A stretch of DNA of 43,402 nt from Octopus bimaculoides (Eukaryota): positions 91,640-135,041 of the forward strand of contig NC_068995.1 of assembly GCF_001194135.2 (NCBI RefSeq), written 5' to 3'. Made by a program: the position numbers and the translations under genes. The first letter of the stretch is position 1, and each line of letters opens with the position of its first letter. Below, in pieces: positions 23,861-33,968 of this stretch. Below the pieces are notes generated by a model. It did no database searches. It saw only the letters and a list, made by a program, of their open reading frames with translations, and had not been told where the DNA came from.

Positions 23861-24201
23861 GAATATATCGATTAACTTGAGTAAAGTGAATCTTCGATGA
23901 CTCAAAGCAATAAGAAAAAATCTCGTAAAGAAAAAACAAAAGGACAAAAATTAAAACGACAACAGCAACAACAGCAACAATACGTAAATAAAGCAGTCAA
24001 CTGATGAGGCGAGAAGATTGTTCGATTATGATCACGTGGTATTGTTCTTGAAAAACAAAACGAAAACAAAACCAAGAAAAACCCGTTGAAATTGATGAAA
24101 CATTGAAGATGGCTGTTTGCCAAATGTATATTTGTGTAGATATGGTATTTAAATATTTATAAGAGCCATCGGAGCTTGGTTCATGGATGAGAGAACTAGG
24201 A

Positions 24202-24204
<3 letters not shown>

Positions 24205-24279
<75 letters not shown>

Positions 24280-24312
24280 AGAGAGAGGGGAGGAAAGAGA
24301 GACAAAGAGAGA
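24205..24312. repeat. (GA)n microsatellite
   Basis: Direct reading. Confidence 0.95.
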
Positions 24313-24608
24313 GAGATTGGTTCGTGGATGTTGATGAGGAAATAGGCGTTTATACACACGCACACATATATATATTTATATTGAAAGAGAGAGAAGATAG
24401 ATGTGATAATATATTTGTTCGTTTGTGTGTATGTGTGCGTGTGTGTATATATGCATGTGTGTATATATGCATGTACGTATGTGTGTGTGTGTGTGTATTC
24501 ATACACAATGTTAATATATATGGTGTCCCAACACATTTGCAGTCCAATGGCTGCTGGAACCCGTAAAAGAGTACGTACTTATATGAATCGTGAGACATGT
24601 GTGTATGC

Positions 24609-24645
<37 letters not shown>

Positions 24646-25037
24646 TGTGTGTGTGTGTCTTATGTACTTGTATAGCGAGAGAAAGAGAGAGGGAGAGATG
24701 AGGGAATAAAAATGCAGAAATGATTGTATAGAACAGTCTCTTTGCATTTCTGTAAACGTTTGACTGGTTTCCAACATTTCCCGCCATCTCAATGTCCTGC
24801 GTCCATCATAAGGATGATACACATTAAAACCGATGAAATCTGAACGCCCACAGTTCTTGAATATCTTTGATGTGTTTTAGTTTATATCCCTTAGCTCACA
24901 TTTTGTAATTTTAAGAATCATTACTTACCAAAACTGACCTTAACTGTTTTTATACGAGTAAAAAATAAAGAAAAGAAAAGAAAAAAGAAATTTAGGTTCT
25001 GTTCATTTATCGATCAGGATTAATCGATAAGATCATA

Positions 25038-25078
25038 CTTCGCTGAAGATTTCTAACGAGGCTGAAACATATCCGAAG
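25038..25078 (+). ncRNA. Degenerate minimal type-I hammerhead ribozyme-like motif
   Basis: CUUCG-CUGAAGA-U-UUCUAACGAGGCU-GAAA-CAUA-UC-CGAAG: perfect 5-bp stem I, core CUGANGA and GAAA, UC at the cleavage position. Stem II is weak and stem III (ACAUAU) is one change from palindromic ACAUGU. Confidence 0.45.
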
Positions 25079-25384
25079 CAAACTCTGCAATATCCAGTGC
25101 CAGATTTACTTATAAGATTCACAGGCCCAGGATGTCAACGGCCATAGCGTTTATATTACAAATCTAGTTATGAAGGTAGGAGATTCAGAAGGGAGCTACA
25201 CAAGTGGAATATCTTAGGACTCCTCTTCATTTCAATTAATAGTTGTACCTTGCCTGTCAAAAGAAGAAGAAAAAAAAACAGAAAAAAAGAATTTCTCTCC
25301 TGCGCATGAAAATTATATTTTCGGTAAAATAGGTTCTTACATCCTGGAAATTATCTGTCCCTTTCCTTGAGATTTTCAAGCAAT

Positions 25385-25609
25385 TGCTGTTTGAACACAC
25401 TTTCCAATGTAGCACTTTCGCTATTTGGTTGTGTTGCCACAACTCGTAGTTATTTGGGGCAAGTCTAGGGCATTCGTTCGTGATATGGGCAATGATTTCA
25501 TTCACTCTATTGCTGATGTGGCACAGCAGACACACGAGCTCATTCCTAAGGTTGACCCTCCAGTTCGTGGCCAAAGCTTGGTCTTGCGTTGCTAGTATAG
25601 TGCTTTCAG

Positions 25610-25610
<1 letters not shown>
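25385..25610 (-). mobile_element. 5'-truncated R4/Dong-type (RLE-encoding) non-LTR retrotransposon fragment
   Basis: Minus strand TESTILATQDQALATN...CLLC...EIIAHITNECPRLAPNNYELWQHNQIAKVLHWKVC resembles the R4/Dong 'TE..I.AAQDQAL.T...CRLC...ET..HI.SEC..LA...Y..RH..V...HW.LC' knuckle region. It abuts (TAA)n. Confidence 0.75.

Positions 25611-25661
<51 letters not shown>
25611..25661. repeat. (TAT)n/(TAA)n microsatellite
   Basis: Direct reading. The tract resumes as taattattattat after 27388. Confidence 0.95.
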
Positions 25662-25662
<1 letters not shown>

Positions 25663-27388
25663 CTATATATATATATAAAAATGAGAATGTATGTCTGTGT
25701 GTGTGTGTGTGTGTCTGTGTGAATCCCTAAAACTCCAGAACTACACAACCAATTTCATTCAAATTTTACACATGCCTTACTTAGGGTCCCAGTTGTGTTT
25801 TAGTAAAAAAAATCTTTAACTTCTTGCATAGTTCGAGCCCACAGCAACATATCTCCTCCACTATTTAAGTATTACGTGTGAAAAGTGAAACAAAAACACT
25901 CATGTCAAATACTTTCACTTTAAAAATGAAACTATTCCACTATTTCAGTATCAAAACTAAAACAATCACATTTCCATACTGTAATTGTTTTTGGGGGTGG
26001 GGGGTTAATTTACACTGCATACGAAAATACAGACATATTATTACAGAACGTTATTAAACACTCACAGATCTACGTATACATACCTGACGACTGACATGCG
26101 TGAAGTGTCAATACGAAATTTTATTTTCATTTCCTTTAAAACAATACACATTTACTGTTCCATTACCTATTAATAATTATCGCAGCAGTTGCAAGGTTGG
26201 CAGGTAAAAATATAAAATTCTTTGTCTCTCTGTACAAGTGCTTCTATTTCCTTAATTTATACTGCATACAAAAGTACAGACATACTATATACGGTACGTT
26301 ATTAAACACACACACAGATGCACACATCTATACATACATATACATACCTGACGACTTAATTTTTTTATTAACCACACAGGGTCGAAACACAGAGGGGACA
26401 ACACAAGGATACAAAAAAACACAAAAGTGGAGGAAAAATAAAATCGAACGAAAAGAATGGTAATGATAAATCAAAAGGTGGAATGACGTCTACTCGAACC
26501 CCACACTCCAGTTAACGTCATTGAACGTTTTTAGAAGAAAAAAAAAAATTAGCACTTGTTATTTTATTTTCGTCTCTTTCTCCTTGTTGTGTGTTGCTTG
26601 TTTTATATACTTTGTGGACGACTGACATGCGCGAAGTGTTACCGGATGATAATTATCGCAGAAGCTGCAAAGTAAGACATAAAATTCTTTGTCTCTCTGT
26701 AATAATTATTGTGGCATTTACCGTTAAATTAGCAGTTCCATACATGTACTATTTCGTTCATAATTTTTTGTTTACAATATTGAAAAAATGTCACCAAAGA
26801 AAAGACGTAATCCCTCCAGAAACGTGCTTTCAGATATGGTCCATCCTATTCCTATAAAAATGATAATTCTGTACAAAATGGTGTACTCCACTCAAATTGT
26901 CGTTTCTGCAAATCTTTCAAATTTCCAAATGAAGCTAATGGCATGTGCTGCTCGGGCGATAAGATAAGATTGCAAGCACTACCAGCTCCTTACCGTCTCC
27001 CATTGCAACCCATTTCTAGAATGTACTCATTTACCTAGAATATCTCCATTACACCTCCATTCATTTGACTGTCAACCATATGACGGGTCGTGTTAGACGT
27101 AGCGCTGACCGCAGCAAAGGAGAGTATTCCACTGAGCTTTTCGGTGGGTTAGAAAATTACATACCTTCACCCCAAATTTTCCATGATAGGTTAGCACTTG
27201 GAATCCTCCAATCCTCCGATGTATTACATGTCGATTAGTCGAATTAGACTATCATTTACTCCACAAATGTTTTGTCGTCAATGCTACGCTTTCCCGATTC
27301 ACCTGTTTCAACATAACTCTGATATATATATACATATATAAACAAACTACACCATTTTAGTCCCGAGTGACCCGGGTGTCTCTGCTAG
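25662..27388 (+). mobile_element. Non-autonomous Helitron with both termini and a RepHel N-terminal remnant
   Basis: 5' A|TCTATATATA at 25661/62; 3' CTAG|T at 27385-89, preceded by hairpin CCCG-agtgacc-CGGG (27362-76); no target duplication; A|T target. Frame from 26820 reads KRAFRYGPSYSYKNDNSVQNGVLHSNCRFCKSFKFPNEANGMCCSGDKIRLQALPAP, resembling the Helitron 'AFRYD..DY......IG.M...C..C.A.KF..E..GMCC..GK..LP' motif. Confidence 0.85.
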
Positions 27389-27624
27389 TAATTATTATTA
27401 TTTTATTTTGTTTTGTTTCATTTTATTTTACTGAACTGGTAAAAGTAACAGATTTCCAAAGAGAAGTGGGGAATCAAATGAAAATATGAGGCCTGTTGTC
27501 TTTAGATATCGGTTTTAAATATTCTTTTTACAGTATCAGGGTTTTTTTTTATGAACATTTAAATACAAAACACGAAAGCTGTATGTATGTGGTTGTGCAT
27601 GTGTGTATGCATATGTATGTTTGT

Positions 27625-28003
27625 GTATACGTATGGCTGGCTGGCTGGCACTCCGTCGCTTACGACGTCGAGGGTTCCAGCCTGCTCGTGAAATTAACGT
27701 GCAAGTGGCTGAGCACTCCACAGACACGTGTACCCTTAACGTAGTTCTCGGGGATATTCAGCGTGACACAGTGTGACAAGGCTGACCCTTTGAATTACAG
27801 GCACAACAGAATCAGGAAGAAAGAGTGAGAGAAAGTCGTGGTGAAAGAGTACAGCAGGGTTCGCCACCATCCCTTGCCGGAGCCTCGCGGAGCTTTAGGT
27901 GTTTTCGATCAATAAACACTCACAACGCCCGGTCTGGGAATCGAAACCGCGATCCTATGACCGCGAGTCCGCTGCTCTAACCACTGGGTCATTGCGCCTC
28001 CAC
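27625..28003 (-). mobile_element. tRNA-derived SINE (third family), near full length
   Basis: Minus-strand head gtggaggcgcaatgacccagtggttagagcagcggactcgcggtcataggatcgcggtttcgattcccagaccgggc has A- and B-box-like motifs and a non-tRNA body. A second copy is at 39383. Confidence 0.85.
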
Positions 28004-28516
28004 TGTGTATACGTATATACGTGTAGCAATATGATACACGCACACATACATATGAACAAATAGTGAGGGATTATCAACCTGGGCAAAGCAGTTCATAAGC
28101 CCTCTCTAGGCACACCAGGCTAACAATATTACTTCGATTAGCGAAGAACTCCAGGTAATCTTTTGATGGGATATGTTTTGCAAACAACTTCGAGAACTCC
28201 GAATCCCCGAAGCCAGCAAGTGTATGGGGTCACCAGGAGAAAATGCGCGCCGTTTCGGGGCCTACATCTCGACAGCATGAATACGCACGGGCCCCACTCA
28301 CTGATATGAGGCCCGCTTGCTAGATCAACTGGTTATTAAATAATGTGTTCACACATTGAACAGCAGTTTTGATCACTCTGAATATGTGTGTGTAAATGCA
28401 TGTAATATATATATAAAAGCCGATCTGTGTGCATGTCGAACCGACACAGCCTACGCCTGCACACTCCCACACACACACATCAATAGTCAGAGTAGACTGG
28501 AGACATCCGACAGGTG

Positions 28517-28581
28517 CAAGTCTACACTCAACCAACCAGGCTGTACTCAACCAACAAGTCTACACTCAACCAACCAGGCTG
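28517..28581. repeat. 27-bp direct repeat x2 with an 11-nt partial unit between
   Basis: caagtctacactcaaccaaccaggctg at 28517-43 and 28555-81; spacer tactcaaccaa. Confidence 0.9.
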
Positions 28582-29752
28582 GGTACTGTACATTTTCTGA
28601 TGAAATTTCGAAATCATACAAAAGCCGCCCAGGCAGTTGAAACATAGGTGGGGTGCCAGAGTGCGTGGTACGTCCGTGGAAGTAGGGAGGGGTGGCCGCG
28701 TGGGTGGAACAGCAGTCAACCGGACTGTTAGGTTTACTGTCTTTTTGCTATTTGTGCTAAATAATGTTGGGTGCGGTCTCCTAGGTTTGTGCGTGTGCGT
28801 GTATGTGCATGCGTGCGTGAGTATATGTTTGGATATGTATGTGTGTGTATGTATGTATGTATGCGCATGTAAATTTACACACACACACACATCCTAAACA
28901 CTAATATGTTGAAACTGTAAACAGCTACACACACTTCCGTACATGTACACACACACACACACTTCTAAAACGAACAACGCGGACTCACACAAACACACAG
29001 GCACCTCTAGCCTTTCGTAGTCCGCATAATGTCTCCTTACACCACATTCAATCTCGGAATTCTTTTCCCCCCACCCCACCCGTTTTGTCCTCCATAGCAA
29101 CTTTTCAAAATAGCAGCCTCATAAACAGGTCTCGACAGGATTTTGCCCTTGTTAGCTTTTTCTTTCTCTTTCCGCAGTTCCTTCTTGATAAAGAACTATC
29201 ACCCAAAACATAAATTCTTTCTTTTCTCTTTGCGTTCAATGTCAAGCCAAGAATGTTTAATGTTTTCCTTCTTTGTCAGCGTGTTTTTATTTATTTTACT
29301 GTGTGCTCATACGTGCACACACACACGCACACACATATGTATATATGTATACATGTGTGTATGTGTGTTCTGTCACATTCGGTCTATCTCCTTTTCCAAG
29401 ATATATTTTCGCGTGTTTATTTACTTCTTTACATAAGGGCTCTTCATATACCCAGGCTTATACATATATTTGGATAAAGTTTATTATTAACCCATTTCTG
29501 GAAGGCTCTTCTCCTCATCAAACTGTCAACTTCATCTCCTACATATGTTTATCGCGTTGGTATTGCTGTTATGTGTATATATATATAAATGTAAATGCTT
29601 TCCAATATTAAAATTGCAGTTCATTTTTGAAACTCCGATGAAGTTATAGAGTGATACACAAGCGTCCAACTATAGGTGCATTGCATCTTATAGCAGAAAC
29701 AGTTGTAGGTTAATGAAGTTCATTACATTCTTCCTTATGCGCTAATCATTTA

Positions 29753-29791
<39 letters not shown>

Positions 29792-29977
29792 NNNNNNNNN
29801 NNNNNNNNNNNNNNNNNNNNNNNNNNNNNNNNNNNNNNNNNNNNNNNNNNNNNNNNNNNNNNNNNNNNNNNNNNNNNNNNNNNNNNNNNNNNNNNNNNNN
29901 NNNNNNNNNNNNNNNNNNNNNNNNNNNNNNNNNNNNNNNNNNNNNNNNNNNNNNNNNNNNNNNNNNNNNNNNNNNNN
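29792..29977. other. Assembly gap (N run)
   Basis: Direct reading; flanked by (TA)n. Confidence 1.
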
Positions 29978-30428
29978 TTATCTCCCCCTCTCTCTCTCTG
30001 TATATATATATATATATAGGTTAAATGTTTGGTAGATATATACACGCAACGATATCTGTAACTGAATCCAGCCCCTACGAAACTTTAAATGGTTTCCCCC
30101 AATCAAATCCACTGGCCGCTTGTACCGCTCTATCTTTCTTTAGATAAGAATTTGGTTTAATTTTTGTGGTTAAACAGAGTTGAAAGCTTTAATTCATTGA
30201 CCCATCGCCACATTTGCAGCCAAGTTTGAAGTTATGTATCGTGAATCAAGAATTGCATCAGACCGATATTCCTTTCTTAATTTTTTTATTCAAAGAAAAA
30301 GAATTAACGATAAAAGACCAAAGTAAATTTATTTCGAATATTTTTTAATCAATATTATTTATTCAGTTTTTCCAATTTTTTTCTACAATGAAAGTGAAAT
30401 GAATTCTTTGTAGATTTCAGGAACTTAC

Positions 30429-30673
30429 CTTAATTTTCTGCTCACACCGGTGATGACCATGGATTTATAAACGATTAAACTAGGATTTGAGTCAAATAGA
30501 TATTTAAAGAAATAATCTTGGAAGATTAATTCTTTGGTTGCTCTGTGTATCATATATGATATACTGGACATTTCCCTGGCATCCATGCATCATATACAAA
30601 ACACGTAATTTTTTCAGCCGTTAGAATAACTTCGATTTTATATAACAGAACGTGTGAAACAAGGGTTATCGAC
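30429..30673 (-). CDS. Candidate exon; possible start MDAREMSSISYMIHRATKELIFQDYFFKYLFDSNPSLIVYKSMVITGVSRKLR
   Basis: Acceptor tgatttcagatttttAG|G and consensus donor AAG|GTAAGT. Unique sequence. One frame is open from ATG (about 30587) to the donor. Product unknown; the exon may be UTR. Confidence 0.4.
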
Positions 30674-30739
30674 CTAAAAATCTGAAATCAAGGCATTTTA
30701 GACAAACTTTTAAAAATACATACGACAAGCAAAAGGTCA

Positions 30740-32060
30740 AGGAATTATATTTTTATTGTCTGGGGCCTTTGTTGGTCTATACGGTTGTTACATTGATGAC
30801 AGTATCGCTGCGACCTCACTCTTCCGCGAACCACAGGACTCATTCCTCTTTTGACGAAACCTTCCATCCAGCCCTCGAATTCTCCTGCACTATTTTCAAC
30901 ACTTCCATCGCATTTCTCGACATTTCGGTCAATATATACCACTCCACCCTCACTACCTCCATCCACTACAAACACACCAACTCACACTCATATCTTAACT
31001 TCTCCCACCCTATCCACACCAAGCTCTCCATCCCCTACTCACAATTCGTCCATCTGCACAGGCTCTGCAGTGACAACCATGACTTTGAGACTCAGTCTCA
31101 ACTAATGGCCTGCCATTTCATCCTTCGTGGATATCCCCTCATCACTATCCATACAACCCTGGCTAGAGCACGTTCCATGGACCGTGCCTCTGCTCTCTCT
31201 CCCCGCACCCGCCCCGCTGTTGCCCGTCTCCTGTTTCCCCTCACCTACCACCTTTCCAACGCACTATTCTCCGAGCTTCACGGTGACTTTAGTCTGACCC
31301 CTCCACCTCACACNNNNNNNNNNNNNNNNNNNNNNNNNNNNNNNNNNNNNNNNNNNNNNNNNNNNNNNNNNNNNNNNNNNNNNNNNNNNNNNNNNNNNNN
31401 NNNNNNNNNNNNNNNNNNNNNNNNNNNNNNNNNNNNNNNNNNNNNNNNNNNNNNNNNNNNNNNNNNNNNNNNNNNNNNNNNNNNNNNNNNNTCCTTCAAA
31501 CGAACCCACAACTTGCGTAACCTCCTGGTCCACAGCTTCTTCCCTAATCCCACCTCCCAGCCTGGCTCGTTTCCCTGCTCCCGCCCACGCTGCTGTACTT
31601 GCCCCTGCCTCTCCAGCACCACCACCACCCTCACAGACATCCATCATCATCGTCCCTATCATATCACCAACTCCTTTGCCTGCACTTCTAGCAACGTCAT
31701 TTACTGCATCTCCTGCTCTTTCTACCTTTCTCTGTACATTGGTCAAACGTGACGCTACTTGGCTGATCGGTTCGCGGAGCACCTCCGAGACATCACACTC
31801 GGCAATGACATCCCGGTCTCGCGCCATTTCCACTCTACCGGTCATTCACTACAACACCTGTCTGTGTTCGGGTTGTCTTTGCATAGGGGCCATCCGGACT
31901 CCCGCCTTCGCCGTGAACAAAAATTAAACTTCTATCTTCGCTCCTTTGCGCCACATGGGCTCAACTCCCCTCCTCTCCTCTCTTCACTGCTACCCACCTT
32001 CTCTCTTCCAAAAAAACATGCTTGTTGTTAATACACCTGCCTTCTTCTTTTGTTTTTCTG
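30740..32060 (+). mobile_element. 5'-truncated Penelope-like retroelement (RT palm/thumb, Cys linker, GIY-YIG endonuclease), probably Neptune-like
   Basis: YIDD at 30789-30800; FHPALEFS, FLDISV, SIHYKHTNSHSYLNF.HP...KLSIPYSQF...RLCS, RGYP; linker PCSRPRCCTCP; NVIYCISC..SLYIGQT*R.LADRFAEH...PVSRHF...GH...RLRREQKL..L..FAPHGLN. Stops, a frameshift and an N gap are present. Confidence 0.92.
31314..31491. other. Assembly gap (N run) inside the Penelope element
   Basis: Direct reading. Confidence 1.
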
Positions 32061-32831
32061 GGTTGTAATATAAACATAAAACCCTAAGGGGCTATGGTTG
32101 ACTGAATCGCTCTCAGTACTTCACTAGAAAATATTATATCGACTCTAAAAGGATAAAAGGCAATGGTGACTCTCTCCGGAAGGTTTACACACAAATTGTA
32201 AAAAGGACGTAAGGAAAATTTTGCTGACCGTCTGGTTTCTGTTAGCTTAATCATCGTCATTACAACAGGAACATCAATGGCAATAAGTCTTCTAACAAAG
32301 GTTTAAAGTCTGAAACATTGGGATGGTGGGGGTAGAGGAGTTGATTATACCAATTCCGGTGGTTGACTGGTACTTTATTGTACCAACCTCGGTGGGATAG
32401 AAGGTGCATTTCATTTCGGTCGAATTTGAACTGTAGCACCAAAAGTAACGACTGCAATAGCAAAACACTAGCAACAACATCAGATTAAGAAAGGTCACAG
32501 AAGAATATTTTCCAAAACGTGTTTCAAGTTTGGTGTAATATTCCATCATGATTTTCATACTTTATGTGTGTCGTGTTTGGTCACCATTTTTGCCTTTGGT
32601 AACCTAGCTTTATGAAATATCAGACCCAATCATTCAGCTAGATAACCAAAGACAAAACCGGCACCTCTATTTTGGTAGCCATACATGTTGTAGATGGAAC
32701 GAGAACAACGAGAGGCCTTTCAAACTGATTTCTATTCCTGGGTCGAAATTCTTTCTGTAGGCTTCTTTTCGCAGATGAACATGGACTATAATATGGTAAA
32801 ATATAATATATAAAATAATATAATATTTGTA

Positions 32832-32869
<38 letters not shown>

Positions 32870-32965
32870 CATATATATAATTTATGTGTGTGTGTATGCA
32901 AATATACATACATACGTACATCCACTGGGTTTTTTTTCTCTCTCTCTGTTTATTTCCTCGTATTC

Positions 32966-33001
32966 CTTTCTGTTGAAGTGCGGAGGCTCGAAACGTAAGA
33001 C
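32966..33001 (+). ncRNA. Degenerate minimal hammerhead-like motif in a solo Penelope 3'/pLTR fragment
   Basis: CUUU-CUGUUGA-A-GUGC-GGAG-GCUC-GAAA-CG-UA-AGA: variant core (A6>U), stem II with one mismatch, palindromic ACGU stem III. Downstream 33036-33077 matches the Penelope tail 32019-32060 at 37/42 positions. Confidence 0.5.
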
Positions 33002-33136
33002 TTTCTCACTTTCCCGAGCGTCAAACTAATACACCTGCTTGTTGTTCATACAACTGTCTTCGTCTTTTGCTTTTCTGTGTGTGTATGTGTTTGCATATAT
33101 ATATATAATACTAATATCATATATATATATATAAAT

Positions 33137-33177
<41 letters not shown>

Positions 33178-33773
33178 GTAAATGGCTGCTGTGTGTCTAC
33201 TGCTGCTTATAAATAATTTGTCGTTTCATTTCTGGCAAATGAGGAAAAAAAAACGAGAAAATTGAATGGAAGCAGACGACAACGTTTCAATATAACAAAT
33301 GGATGAACAAATACAAAAGTAACTGAATGAAAAATATTGTTTTAATTGTTTGACCGATCAAGAATTTTATCGTCAGCTGATAATTTTGATTTAGGTTTAC
33401 CATAAGTTCTACACCAATTGTGAGTCTCTGTGTGAGCGTGTGTTGTTGAATAACTGTGTGTACAAATTAATTTGTTTACGCCAGGTCGTACATATATATA
33501 ACACACGTACACCTACATTCACAAACACACACACATACCCTATTGACGTAAGTACAATCATTTACTATAGAAAAATATACACACGTACACATACATAATA
33601 CACACGCACACATACATAATACACACGTACACATACATACATACATACATATATGCTATCTTGTCTATATGTATGTTCTATGTAGATATATGTAGAAGTT
33701 TGTGTGTGTGTGTACGGATACGCACAGACACATGTATGCGAACATCTATGCCAAAATCAAGACGAAGTCTTAC

Positions 33774-33863
33774 CTGTGCCAGGTGTGTGATAATTGCAAT
33801 TGCCGTAATGACAATGAAAATATGAAGAAAATGGAATTTTGTTAAGATGACCGTCGAAAGCCC
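33774..33863 (-). CDS. Candidate 90-nt exon (GLSTVILTKFHFLHIFIVITAIAIITHLAQ in phase 0, or AFDGHLNKIPFSSYFHCHYGNCNYHTPGT in phase 1)
   Basis: Strong acceptor ttttgttgttgttatctcgtttcAG and donor CAG|GTAAGA; length is a multiple of 3; two frames are open. Confidence 0.45.
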
Positions 33864-33924
33864 CTGAAACGAGATAACAACAACAAAATCCATTATTCTC
33901 AGTCCGGAGGGTGGACCAGCCGAG

Positions 33925-33968
33925 ACACCTGATGGAGGCTGGAGGGTGGACCAGCCGAAACGTTGTGC
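33925..33968 (+). ncRNA. Minimal type-I hammerhead ribozyme-like motif (Penelope pLTR type)
   Basis: CAC-CUGAUG-GA-GGCUGG-AGGGUGGA-CCAGCC-GAAA-CG-UU-GUG: perfect 6-bp stem II, ACGU palindromic stem III, 3-bp stem I, one core deviation after CUGAUG. Confidence 0.65.

Noticed and set aside
23527-23939. Pro/Thr-rich and Gly/Val-rich ORFs over 100 aa
   Set aside because: Produced by a trinucleotide low-complexity tract that is open in several frames.
27930-28003. tRNA gene call (also 39383-39455)
   Set aside because: Stems are imperfect and each head continues into a shared non-tRNA body, so these are SINE heads.
28517-28581. CRISPR-like repeat-spacer-repeat
   Set aside because: Eukaryotic context, only two units, the spacer derives from the repeat, and there are no cas genes.
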